Below, one piece after another: positions 22,149 through 32,748 of a stretch of DNA of 64,000 bases. The first letter of the stretch is position 1; the number at the start of each line of letters is the position of its first letter. Position numbers and translations under genes: made by a program. The notes beneath the pieces are model-generated. The model worked only from the letters and a program-made list of their open reading frames with translations. It was not told the DNA's origin and did no database searches. The stretch is from Epithemia pelagica (lineage: Eukaryota; Protista; Bacillariophyta), in the NCBI GenBank assembly GCA_946965045.2, contig OX337232.1:620001-684000 (forward strand), in the 5' to 3' direction.

Positions 22149-25080
22149 CTAAGACGACAGACCATGACGAGAATGACGGGAGTGACGGGAATCTTTGGGT
22201 TGGATCTTTCTTGTCGTCGAACTGGCGAGAACCGGCATCCCACAAAGTGATACAAGGAGTGGCAAGACACTAAGCCATGAATGATCATGCACAATCATAA
22301 CCAACACAAGTTCCCTCAAGGAGCCCAAGCCGCTCCCATGGAAGGGCCACGACAGACCGAAATGACGTGAGCCCGCAAAAGCCGAACAAGAGGATGGAGA
22401 AGATGACGACGGAGGACAACACCAAAACCAACAAGAAGAGACGACTGGTACATTGGCAGGTGTTGACGGTAATTGGACGAGGAACAAGTCAAGTCGTGCT
22501 GTGCACACTAGACCAACCAATAGCTCTACGACCACTTCAGAGACGGCGGTCCAGAAGGAACCACAAGAGACCATACACCAACTTCTTATTTGTTTCAACG
22601 ACATGTGGAAGCACCCTACAACTTGTTCTCTGATCCAATGTTGCATCATGGCGAATCCTTCCGGCACGTTCTGACTATAACGGAAGTACTTATTAGTCGT
22701 TCTGACTTGATCCCAGGAGGGAGTAGTCACAGCACCGACTGGGGTGGCTGATCCATTTCGTAAACTCTTTACCACGTTTTTGACATGGCTACCGAAATGG
22801 CAGTCTCTTCGCAATCAATGTACTAATACCTTGGTGGTGTTCGCCGGTCGGATCATCTCGGTAGGTAGTACACGAATCCGTGCCGCCTTTTCTATGGACG
22901 TCTGCAGCAGTCACTGCATTGTCCATTGCACAAGACAATATTGTTGGGCAACATTCTGCTACTGAAACTGTTTGGGGTAGACTTTGGATACAACCCGTCA
23001 TCATCCAGCACGACGGGGTATAGCTGTGCTCCAGCGAAAGGTCGATAGCGACGTGACGATCCATCATGTGTCGTAGACCAATGTCCACACGGCTCGCATC
23101 AACATGGCTGAGCAAAGTCTTCTCCCTTTGCCCGGGAGTGTATAGAGTGTTCCCCAACCCTAGAAATAATACATGTCTCGCACAGATGGAAGTGTTCCCC
23201 AACATTGGGATCCAGCAGCGCCCATCTTTGATGACAGGGATTCACATGTGAGAATGACCAAGGTCTTGAGTGCGTTTTGCCGTGCATCGACTCACGAACT
23301 TTGATCGCGGATAGTTACATTCCCATTTCAACTCGTCCAGCATGTACTCGAACATGCGTGAAGATGACTGCTCAACCATGCCGCTGACAGTGGCGTATCT
23401 CAATAGCGAGAGAAAGATTGGATTGGGAAAGCTGGGCCTCCCATGCAGCTAAATTATGGTTCCCATGACTAATGTCGAAGCGCCATTGAAACTCTCCGGG
23501 TAGATCACCCGGTTTTCACTTTTTAGCTATAGCTTCTCCACTGTAGCTTGGTTCCTTCAACCACGAACTGAAACCAGACCCTTTCTTTCGGCACCACAGA
23601 CACACACCAAAGTATGGTTTCGTACCGTTCTCGACCTTGTACTCATCCTTGCTCACGGTGTCCATCTAGAGAATGTTGATGATTCTTTCATGCGTCCCTT
23701 TTTCCAAAGAGGATATCTCGGCGCTGTGGCGTCGACCACTTATGTATATTTATTTTTGTCGCGTTTTCAGAAAAGCTCCGTGTTCCTTGTCTGACTTGAC
23801 GGACATGGCGCCATTTCACGGAGCCATCGGACCCAGACGTGTGTTCAAAAAGGAGGATGAGAGGAGGAGTCCCGTACCACTCTGTATCTCTGCGGTACTA
23901 GAAACTCACAGAATCACCCCGCTAGGGCGTGCCACAAGCCAGATCCTTCGCAAAGACAACAACCACCTTGTCAAAAAAATCAGGAACTGTTGCCAATGCC
24001 ATGAGGTCCTCCCACGAAAACACCACCACCACTCCGAACGCGTCGTCATCGGACGTGCAAAAACTACAGGTATGTCATTCATGAAAAGGAAACTGACAAA
24101 TGGTTCTATCCTGCGTCGGTGGAAGGTGAAAGCGGATTCAGTCCCTTCTTCCTGCAGAACCTGGCGGAAATTGAAAAAAGGAAGCCGCAGCCGCGAGAAC
24201 TTGACAATCATAGGGAATGGATCTTCACCTTGCTGTCCAACACCTTTCCCAAGCTTTCTCTCTGACCAGACCTTTGTCTTGCTGCATTTGATACAGAATG
24301 AAATGTTCAAATGCATGGCCAAATCAAAACAGTCCACGAAGGCCGGCAAAGAGGCTCACCATTCCATCGACAAGTCCATGAAAGCGGGTGCAGACGCTCA
24401 CCAATCGGTCGCCACGGCGTTCGTGCTGTCATCAGCATTTTTCGGGGCCTCCATTGTCTTAGGTCGCCGCTAAGTATCTACAAGTGAGAGACGGGACTGG
24501 AGATTCCACATGGATTCGGGAATGTCGTCGGCTGGATTGGAAACAGTCGACGTTCACAAACCCATGTACAACATGATTGGTCACACCGGCAACTACTCTA
24601 TCGGCATTGGACAACAGAGGAAACTCTGATCCCTTTGATGATAGTGGGAATGTTTGTATTCGACTGAGTTGGACTCCGTCGACGTACACACAGTTTGCTT
24701 CAAGAAGATGTGATTTGCAATACTTCTCCAGCTGGTTGGAACCTTGTAGAATATAAGCCCTCCAGTGTAGGATATCTTCTATCATGTGTCTGTAGGAGTG
24801 ATCAAAATGGATGACAGATTGTTGGTAAACAAGTTCTATCGATGCCATTACCCTCGTCGCGTCGTCCTCCAGGAACAACTCTTAACCATTGTGGACTACA
24901 TGCTGATATGGGCCACATGATGGATTGCTTCCGGTCAATCGTTTTATTGTGCTCGTCGATGACAGGAGGCCACTGTGGTGCGCAAGGAATCCGTTCCATC
25001 TGTTGACGCTTGCTGTGATTAAATTGTGGAATTGCGTTGATGGGCTGTTCACGGAGTGTCGACAACGACATGGAACGTGA

Positions 25081-26433
25081 CTATCGGACAGATTTCGGTG
25101 ACTCTTTTCCATGATGGGGCCTCTTTCGAACTCGACCTGTGGTAGAATTGTTGGTTTTGCGTTTCGTATCATGCGTTTGATGAAATAATGAATATGACCA
25201 TTCTAGCACTTCAATAGAATCTTGTCCGTCTCCTCCCACCACCATAGCAAGCTCCTTGTTGCTGTTGTTGTTGCTGCTGTTGGCCGAGTCGTCGTTATTT
25301 GCTCCTTTCCCAGTTCTTGTTACAACCGACAGAGTGGGACGCCATCGGGCCATGTTTAGACCAGCCACACGAACCACACCCTGTCCCATTCCACGGGTTT
25401 GGATGAGTTCGACGGATGGCAAATCGTTGTAATATGCATCCCATCCACCCACCACAAGAATACATCCATCTCCCACAGCTGCGACAGCATGTCCTTCTCG
25501 TCCCACACGGAGCGATAGATTGGGGTGAAGCGTCCATACGGAGTTGGGGGCAAAGAAGGACGACGTGGCGGCCATGTTGGTGGTGGTGTCGTCTCGTCCA
25601 AGGCGGGGACGAGGAGGAGACTGTTTGTTTGGCACAACCAGAAGTCTAGGATTTTTGTGCAAGTCAATGGATTCCACCGAATACAGTGTAATGTCTGTTC
25701 CATGGTAACAATCCGTTCCACCCACCACCCAGAGGGTTGTCTCATTGACCAGACAGGCTCCACAAATTCGTCGTGCGACCTTCATGGAGGGTCCGGCATT
25801 CGTGACCACGACCGAGTGCACAGTGTCGATAATATCCAGAGTGGCCAGCGCCTTGACATCTGGTGTTTCATAAACCGTATCGTCACGACCTCCCAAAAGA
25901 ACCAGAAACCGATTGCGTACCATCACTGAGGCCGATCCACTGCGTCCATGTGACAATTGATAAGGCATGGTTTGCCATGTTGCCCTTGTTGATGCTTTTG
26001 TTCTTGTTCTTGTTGTTGTTCTTGTTGTTGATGATGCTGCTGATAGCGCACGAGGATTGGTCTGCTGAGCCGAAAAGGCGGTAATGGGAATCCGTTCCAC
26101 GGATCGAGTGTCTTCCCCTCCCATGGCATAGACAAAGCCATTACAAACTTGCGCACAATGATCGGCTCGTGCCATGGTCATGATGGGTCCTTCCCACCAT
26201 TCTCCAGAATGATTCTTGGAATGGGATGAATGATAAACGAGAACAGATGCTTGACGAGCGCTGTTCGCGTCGTACCCTCCCAACACCACCAGAGTGCCAT
26301 CAAACAAGGAGACAGTCGCATGCGAGTATCGTGGTCCCTGAGGCAACTTGCGGGGATGGCTGTCCAGCAGTTGCCAGGTGGCAGACGCCAAGGATGATGC
26401 TGATAGGCCATTGTTCTTGGTGTTCTTGTTCAT
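25081..26433 (-). CDS. Kelch-repeat beta-propeller protein
   Basis: About six repeats of the form R..H....../VVLGG.../S.E.../W (RYSHATV..LVVLGGYD; ARADHCAQVCNGFVYAMGG; GREGHAVA..ILVVGGWD). Confidence 0.85.
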   Translation of the reverse strand: MNKNTKNNGLSASSLASATWQLLDSHPRKLPQGPRYSHATVSLFDGTLVVLGGYDANSARQASVLVYHSSHSKNHSGEWWEGPIMTMARADHCAQVCNGFVYAMGGEDTRSVERIPITAFSAQQTNPRALSAASSTTRTTTRTRTKASTRATWQTMPYQLSHGRSGSASVMVRNRFLVLLGGRDDTVYETPDVKALATLDIIDTVHSVVVTNAGPSMKVARRICGACLVNETTLWVVGGTDCYHGTDITLYSVESIDLHKNPRLLVVPNKQSPPRPRLGRDDTTTNMAATSSFFAPNSVWTLHPNLSLRVGREGHAVAAVGDGCILVVGGWDAYYNDLPSVELIQTRGMGQGVVRVAGLNMARWRPTLSVVTRTGKGANNDDSANSSNNNSNKELAMVVGGDGQDSIEVLEWSYSLFHQTHDTKRKTNNSTTGRVRKRPHHGKESPKSVR

Positions 26434-26923
26434 GTTTCTGCTCTTGTGGTTTCAAACAAGAGCTCTCTCTCTCTCTCTCTCTCTCTCGGGGAACAGCACG
26501 GTCGTTCGAGTCTCCCAGTCGCGCACCTCGCTCGTGGTGTCCTGTCCGGAAGCGCGACCGTGGACCAACGAGGTATTTCGAATTTCGATCCATGACATAT
26601 GCTATGCCAAGACAAGGATGTCATGGTTTGAAACCATCAGGCAGGCACTTCCCTGCTGCCACGCAGGAGAACAGCACGCCAGAGGAATTATCGCAACAAG
26701 CTGTTCGTTTGGCCACGACTGGGTCCATGTATTTCTTTGTCTGGAATGGTGTACCCTCTTGGCATGGACTCACTTCTCTCTTTCTCCGTAGATTGATCAG
26801 ATGGCATTATTCATTGTCGACCTCACTATGTTTCGGGTCAGATGGTGGCTTGGTATACTATGATGAAGGAAGCCTGACTTCTTTTGGGGGTCGTAGAGTA
26901 CGGATGCAAGGAAGGAACCATGG

Positions 26924-27760
26924 TTAACGAGGCGGTCGTTTCCGACGCGGTTGCTGTTTTTTGTGGGGAGTACTCGCCGTGCCGGATCTCGTCGCAATGG
27001 TAGTAGTTTGATTCGTGTGCATGGCTGCCGAGTCTCCGCCGCCGGCTGTCAACCAAGCAGTCGTAGTACTGCTACTACGCAAGACCGGTGCCAATCCTCC
27101 ATGCAAGTCCAAAAAGGTATTCCACAATTGAGCCGCATCCGTGTTGCCCGCAAGCCATTGCAAAAAGAGAGGATTGCCCTTGCATTCTTCCACCAATTCC
27201 CCCGATAAGCCCAATTGCGTTTCACAGGCTCGGCAAAACTCCTCTTCCACAGACGACGACGACGACGACGACGAACCATCAGTTCGGTCCTTGCAAGTCC
27301 ACCACGAATCATTTTCCAGTTCCGTCACGTGTTGTTGCAAGAGTTCATAGGCCTCCACCAATTCCACAAACTTTTGATTGGTAGTCTTGTTGTCGTTGGG
27401 CGTGGTGCTCTTGTTGGTGTTGTTACTATTTGGATTGGCATGTCGTTGTGCATCGGGATGGCATGTTTTGGCGGCTTGGTAATAGGCATAGCGCAACTCT
27501 TTGAACGAAGTGGGAGGCTGTGTCAAGCCCAACAACCGGTGAGCCGCTGTCATGCTACTGTTGCTGTTGCTGGACGTGCTCCCGGTGGCAATGCCTCGTG
27601 AAATGGCCATGGTGGTGGGGGTAGTAGGACCGTGTTGGAACCAGCAGCACCCGCCACTCCCGTGGTTGGTGGATACCAAGACCATGGGAGGAATGGCAAG
27701 GCTGTGAAGCTTGCATCCAACATGACATGCCATGACACTGGATCGTCCCAGGAGCGACAT
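26924..27760 (-). CDS. DnaJ (J-domain) protein, possible organellar leader
   Basis: AHRLLGL...ELRYAYYQAAKTCHPD...FVELVEAYELL, with the HPD motif. Confidence 0.85.
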   Translation of the reverse strand: MSLLGRSSVMACHVGCKLHSLAIPPMVLVSTNHGSGGCCWFQHGPTTPTTMAISRGIATGSTSSNSNSSMTAAHRLLGLTQPPTSFKELRYAYYQAAKTCHPDAQRHANPNSNNTNKSTTPNDNKTTNQKFVELVEAYELLQQHVTELENDSWWTCKDRTDGSSSSSSSSVEEEFCRACETQLGLSGELVEECKGNPLFLQWLAGNTDAAQLWNTFLDLHGGLAPVLRSSSTTTAWLTAGGGDSAAMHTNQTTTIATRSGTASTPHKKQQPRRKRPPR

Positions 27761-29056
27761 GGTCAAAGTGTCGTATCTGGATTGGAATGGATGCCGATCG
27801 AACGCAACGGACTGTTGTATTAGTGCTCTAGTGAAGTTAAAAATCGGCAATGCTCTCGAAACAAACAACAGAACCAACAATCGGTTGAATCAAGGCAGTC
27901 CACTTCTTATCGCGTCATGGTCGATCTATATTTAAGTGGCTGTCAGAAGATCGAGACCATGGTGTCGCGGTGTGAGTCACACGCACTGTCATCCCCAATA
28001 TTTGGGTCCTTAGCGGATGTATCAGTATCAAAGCTATAATGTCTCAACAGTTTGAAAATATGGCGCTAGGACGTAGATACTACCCCCTCATTTTTCTGCA
28101 TTCTGGGCAGACAACTCCATCCTCCACCTCCATGCCCCTTCTGACCCATACTGTCACTTCTCGCTTGTTGGTTCTGTGTATGTTCTCTGCAACACACAAA
28201 GTTTGGGCACAGGACGAACCATAAGAACGACGACACTCTCCCCAAACAATCCATCAGGATCTGCAGTCCCAGGCCTGTTTCTGTGTGACGGGTCGTTATT
28301 GTTGTGGATGAGTGCTACTCCTGGCAAAACTTGTCGTGATCGTCGTCGTTGTCGTTTTTTCCTGGTGGTTGGTGCACGGTCTCAGTGATTGTTCGTCAAC
28401 AACCATGCACCACATAATATTTCTTCTCCTGTTTGGTTTTGTCCGTCGTAGATGTTTTGAAGTCGAGTCGGTACCAATGATTTATTTCAGTGACTTTTGG
28501 TGGGATCAATGTCGCATCAAAGGGATTCCCAAACTCAAACAGAGTACAGTCGGCACGCTGGGACCTGAAGTCTTGGCCGACCGTTCATCCCTACCATTGT
28601 CGGGAACACAAGCTTTCGAGCGGGAGGAGTACCTACTTAACTACTAGGAGTACTAGAGGAATCCTACAATACGGCTAGGTAGAGCTTTCCAAAGGTAGCT
28701 CACCCAATGTGCGACTGAAACGCAACGCCGGGTGCACTCCGACTTGCCGTTGGTCAGACGGTTTGAATGAATCTGTGTACTGTAAATACACATAAGCTAC
28801 CTACTCGTAACCGGTCAAGACCAAACTGGTGTATATTACATTGAGTGATAACAACCCCCATATAGCGTCCTTATGAGCCGTTGGTTTGTTACTTATGATG
28901 CGCTGCAAGCAGGCCTGCCCACTACTCCGATTCAAATACTTCAAACTTCAAACCCGCGTTCCGCATTCAATCCACACATTGACACGCGGGGATCGACCCA
29001 GCGAACACATCCTGCAGGTTGGAGCGGTCTGTGTTATCGCGAGGTCGTCACAGTAG

Positions 29057-29746
29057 CTAGTAGGAGAGAGTGCTAGGATGTAGACACGCACTTTTGCCGA
29101 AAGGCCCAGAAGGAACCAAGATGCAAATGTTGCCTATCGTCAGCAACTTCGTTTTTCCACGTTGTTTTACTGTGGAGTACTCGCAACTCCGCATCGCAAA
29201 AAAATATCCGGCGAGGGCGAGGTCAGCAATGCAAGCCTCAAAGGTTGACAGGTCAATGTCGCCATGGGTTCTTGTGGCGTACTCCCACATGAATCGAAGG
29301 TGGCGTGGAGTGATCGCTTTTTGTCGTTTCTCGTCAGGGTCGATTTGAGCCCAAGCTTTTTTAAGGGACTCGATTATGGGGTGATACCGGTTGCATCCCG
29401 GGACGTGGCAGGGGCTTGGCCGGTCGTTATACCGGAAGCGCGATGCCACGTCGCTAAGGGCCTTCTCGAGAGTTGACGCTCGAAGAGGGTCCGTAGCCCC
29501 TCTTGTGAAAGCTCCATCTCGGAGTCTCTGCAAGAAGGTGCCGACGATCTGCGATCTCGTTCGAACGGTCTTGATGCCGTCCAAAAAGGGGTCGTCTCGA
29601 AGTCGGAAGAGGTCGAGGTGTTGGAGCCATCGACGCCAAGTCCTGTCGATGGCTTCGTTGGACGATTCGACGCGTCCAAAGAAAATTCTTGCAGCAGCGG
29701 TGCGACGGATGAGATCCATGACTGCACTTCGCTGGGTAGGGGGCAA
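29057..29746 (-). pseudogene. Tyrosine recombinase ORF, apparently 3'-truncated
   Basis: LAGYFFAMRSCEYS contains the first catalytic Arg box. The ORF stops ~40 aa later with no HxxR or catalytic Tyr. It overlaps the RT-RH ORF by 373 nt in another frame. Confidence 0.7.
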
Positions 29747-32700
29747 ATCCGGAAGTTCTTCGGAATCTGTGAAGTATATAAATCGTGGATACGCTGGGTT
29801 AGAGTTTCATCACAACAATCAAACGTTCGCGATAAAAGGTCAGTAACCACGTTTGTTGTCCCTGGTATGTGCTCAGGATGGAGCAGAAAGTTGTACTCCA
29901 GCACTAACTCTGTCAGTTTTGCTGATACCCTTTGGTGGTTGGGTTTGTTGGACCCGAAGGATGACTTGTGCATCCATCCAGTCGCTGAGCTGCTGTCCGA
30001 AAGTCCCAGGACACATGATTCGGATGTGATGGCGCCGTCGCAACAATCAACCCAGATCGTGACGACCTGGCAAACGAACTCGAATAGGTTGTTCGAGAGT
30101 TTCAGGTCTGGGTCTTGGCCCAGTTCGTCTTGTTCCATTTCGGATTGGTTGGCCGCGAGGGCGTAGATCTCGGGGTCTAATGGCACGTGCCAAGCTTTCC
30201 CGGTACGTACAGAGAATCCGCCCATGCCGTATGGGCAAGAGTCCGCTAGCACGACATTTGTTGGGCAGCGACATGTGAGAAGGTTCAGACTCACTCCTTT
30301 GTGTGCTTTTTCTAAAAGTTTGGACCAAATGCGAAGGTCTTGTTTGATAGCTTTTGGGATCTTGTATCGGAACCAAGGTTTCGGGCGGTCTTGGTTCTGA
30401 GCCGAAGGAGTATCACGAGTTTCTTTGTTCTGCCGTCGTGCTTGGCCGTGTTTAGCTCGGTGTTTCTTGAGGATGTGTTCTTTCAGCTCCTGTGTTCGCT
30501 TCGTGTGGTAAAGAGCCAAGGGGATGCCTTTACAGGCATGAATCATCTTCCCCAACATCGACTCAAGTTCTTTAAACGTGACATAAACCCGTTTCGGGTC
30601 AATCCACTCTCCGATTTCTCGCGACCAGCATGTAAACTTGTCGAATGGAAGTCGCATCAACAATCTACGAGTGTCGATTATCCATCCGAGGACTCGCATT
30701 TCTTCGGATGGGGCTCCTTCCGCTTTCATTTTGTCTTCGGCCAAAATATCATTGCGGTCGATCGGTTCGTCTGGTCTTGATGGTCGGACAAGAAGGTGAA
30801 GGACCAGTGGGACAATTCCCGGTGCTCGATTGATGTGCTCCGGACAATCCACAAACAATTGAATCATATCATCGATATACACGTCGTGGTATCCTTGTGG
30901 TCGTGGTTCTACATCCACCGCCATCGGTTGGCCGGCGTGGAACGGAATAGAGTCGTCAAGTCGTTGGACGTCACCCATCATGTCCTGGAGTGGTGAACGA
31001 ACTTTCGAAGGCTCCCACTCGTCCAAATCCGCAACATCGTTGCAGAGGTCGCAGGATGCCTCCGAAAAAACGCTGAACATCGCAGGATGTGGGCGGCCGC
31101 CGAAGGTGAGTCGAGTGAGGAGATTTGCAAATTCTCCACTCACATCCGTTGTGATTGTGTTTGCCACCAGGATACCGTCGCCGTTGATGCGACGGTATGC
31201 GGATCCCCAGTCGAACTTGCAAACAAGGATGCGCTTGTCTGGAAATTTTAGTCTCAACGCGACAATCTGGTGGATGATCCTATCGAGACACCACCCGAAA
31301 ACCAAATCAATCAACTCATCGACTAAGTCGTTGAGAGACGGTGCAAAGCCGAGGGAGAAGGACTGATCATGGGCTAAGCGGTCCTTGATCACAATGTTGC
31401 CATGCTCATCAATACCGGCGTGTTGAGCAACACCGAGTGGTCCGGCTCGGCCTTGTTGGATCTGGCGAGCGCAGTCGAAGGAAATGGGAAAGGAGTATCC
31501 AAATTTTGTATCCTTTTTACACACCTTGATCAAAGCTTCCGGACGTTTTCGGGCTGAAGCGTGATTGCCGTATGCGAGAATCGCATCATTCTCGAACTGA
31601 CGATTTATATCTGGGGGTAGTGGCTTGAAATCATAGCTGGCTCCATCGCGTAAGGTATCTCGAATCCGATTCCAGAATGGGTGATGACGAAGGAGCCGGG
31701 CGATGGAACTCAATGGACGAAATTCGGAACCGGGGCTGATTGTCGTGCCTGGGTAGGCATCAAAAAGTTTCTGGAGGTCGAAGTCGAATTGTTTGATCAA
31801 GTCCGAATTAAACTTCGCAGCTTTGGCAGATGTCTGGTGTTGGAATGGCGAAGGGAGTGGTGCTGGGACAACCTCCTCGCTGATGGCCAGAATAGTTTCG
31901 ATCTTGTGGGTATGGGTCGGTGTAGCTAGTGGTGGGCGCCGTATCTTATTCGTAAAGATTAGCGATGGGTCATTTGGTAGATAGTGGTTGTCTCCTTGAA
32001 AGTCAACAAGGGAGGGATTGTTGTGGTTGTTGGTAGAAAGATTTTGGGGGCAAACAGGGTCGGACTCACCTAACATAGATTCTCCGAGTTCGATCTCAGA
32101 TTCAAGTCTGGAAAGGTTCCTTTGGAGGGATTTCCCAGTCAAATCGGATGAGATGATGGGAGAAGGCGAGCCAAACGATCGCGGTTTACCAAAAGGAATT
32201 AGTTGGTCAGGCTTGGGGGTCAAGAGAACATCGCCTTGCTCGTGGTTCCGAATGGAAGCTTCTTCAATGTTCCGAATAAAATCTGCAGTTGCTGGTACGG
32301 TAGAAGGGTTCGTAGACGGAGCCAAGGATTGAGAACTCCGAGATTTATCCTGGGGGGAACGTAAGATTGGTTGGGTCGTGCAGTCAATCTTGGGGGAATG
32401 AGAATTCGCAACTGTCGATGCGGGCTTATATCGATCGAAAATTTTGGTCTTGAAACTCTTCTGGAAACGGACTGTCGGTTCAGAGGGGGCTGGCGACGGT
32501 CGTAAGATCTTTTCCTTCACATCAGAAGAAGAGATTCGGCGTTCATCAGAAAAGACTTGGGGAATCAACGGAGTCGGTGCTTTTGGAACTTGAAAAGGAA
32601 TATCACTCGGATCTGGAGGGATTGTAATTGGTTGTCTTCGTGTGATTGGTGGTGATGGAGGGTAGAGAGATGAGAAGTAAGAGGAACCGTTTTTTCTAGA

Positions 32701-32748
32701 AGAAGGAGATACGCTGTTACCAGAATCATCAATCCACCCAACACTCTG
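29374..32748 (-). CDS. Reverse transcriptase - RNase H (pol-like ORF2)
   Basis: CKFDWGSAYRRI, RLTFGGRPHP and DVYIDDM (YxDD) for RT. VLADSCPYGMGG, NLFEF, LSDSSSA and HIPGTTNVVTDLLSR for RNase H. The frame stays open back to the ORF1 stop. Confidence 0.9.
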   Translation of the reverse strand, partial: QSVGWIDDSGNSVSPSSRKNGSSYFSSLYPPSPPITRRQPITIPPDPSDIPFQVPKAPTPLIPQVFSDERRISSSDVKEKILRPSPAPSEPTVRFQKSFKTKIFDRYKPASTVANSHSPKIDCTTQPILRSPQDKSRSSQSLAPSTNPSTVPATADFIRNIEEASIRNHEQGDVLLTPKPDQLIPFGKPRSFGSPSPIISSDLTGKSLQRNLSRLESEIELGESMLGESDPVCPQNLSTNNHNNPSLVDFQGDNHYLPNDPSLIFTNKIRRPPLATPTHTHKIETILAISEEVVPAPLPSPFQHQTSAKAAKFNSDLIKQFDFDLQKLFDAYPGTTISPGSEFRPLSSIARLLRHHPFWNRIRDTLRDGASYDFKPLPPDINRQFENDAILAYGNHASARKRPEALIKVCKKDTKFGYSFPISFDCARQIQQGRAGPLGVAQHAGIDEHGNIVIKDRLAHDQSFSLGFAPSLNDLVDELIDLVFGWCLDRIIHQIVALRLKFPDKRILVCKFDWGSAYRRINGDGILVANTITTDVSGEFANLLTRLTFGGRPHPAMFSVFSEASCDLCNDVADLDEWEPSKVRSPLQDMMGDVQRLDDSIPFHAGQPMAVDVEPRPQGYHDVYIDDMIQLFVDCPEHINRAPGIVPLVLHLLVRPSRPDEPIDRNDILAEDKMKAEGAPSEEMRVLGWIIDTRRLLMRLPFDKFTCWSREIGEWIDPKRVYVTFKELESMLGKMIHACKGIPLALYHTKRTQELKEHILKKHRAKHGQARRQNKETRDTPSAQNQDRPKPWFRYKIPKAIKQDLRIWSKLLEKAHKGVSLNLLTCRCPTNVVLADSCPYGMGGFSVRTGKAWHVPLDPEIYALAANQSEMEQDELGQDPDLKLSNNLFEFVCQVVTIWVDCCDGAITSESCVLGLSDSSSATGWMHKSSFGSNKPNHQRVSAKLTELVLEYNFLLHPEHIPGTTNVVTDLLSRTFDCCDETLTQRIHDLYTSQIPKNFRICPLPSEVQSWISSVAPLLQEFSLDASNRPTKPSTGLGVDGSNTSTSSDFETTPFWTASRPFERDRRSSAPSCRDSEMELSQEGLRTLFERQLSRRPLATWHRASGITTGQAPATSRDATGITP

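Noticed and set aside
26462-26486. (CT)n microsatellite and many (CAA)n/(ACG)n runs
   Set aside because: Ordinary low-complexity features throughout this genome.
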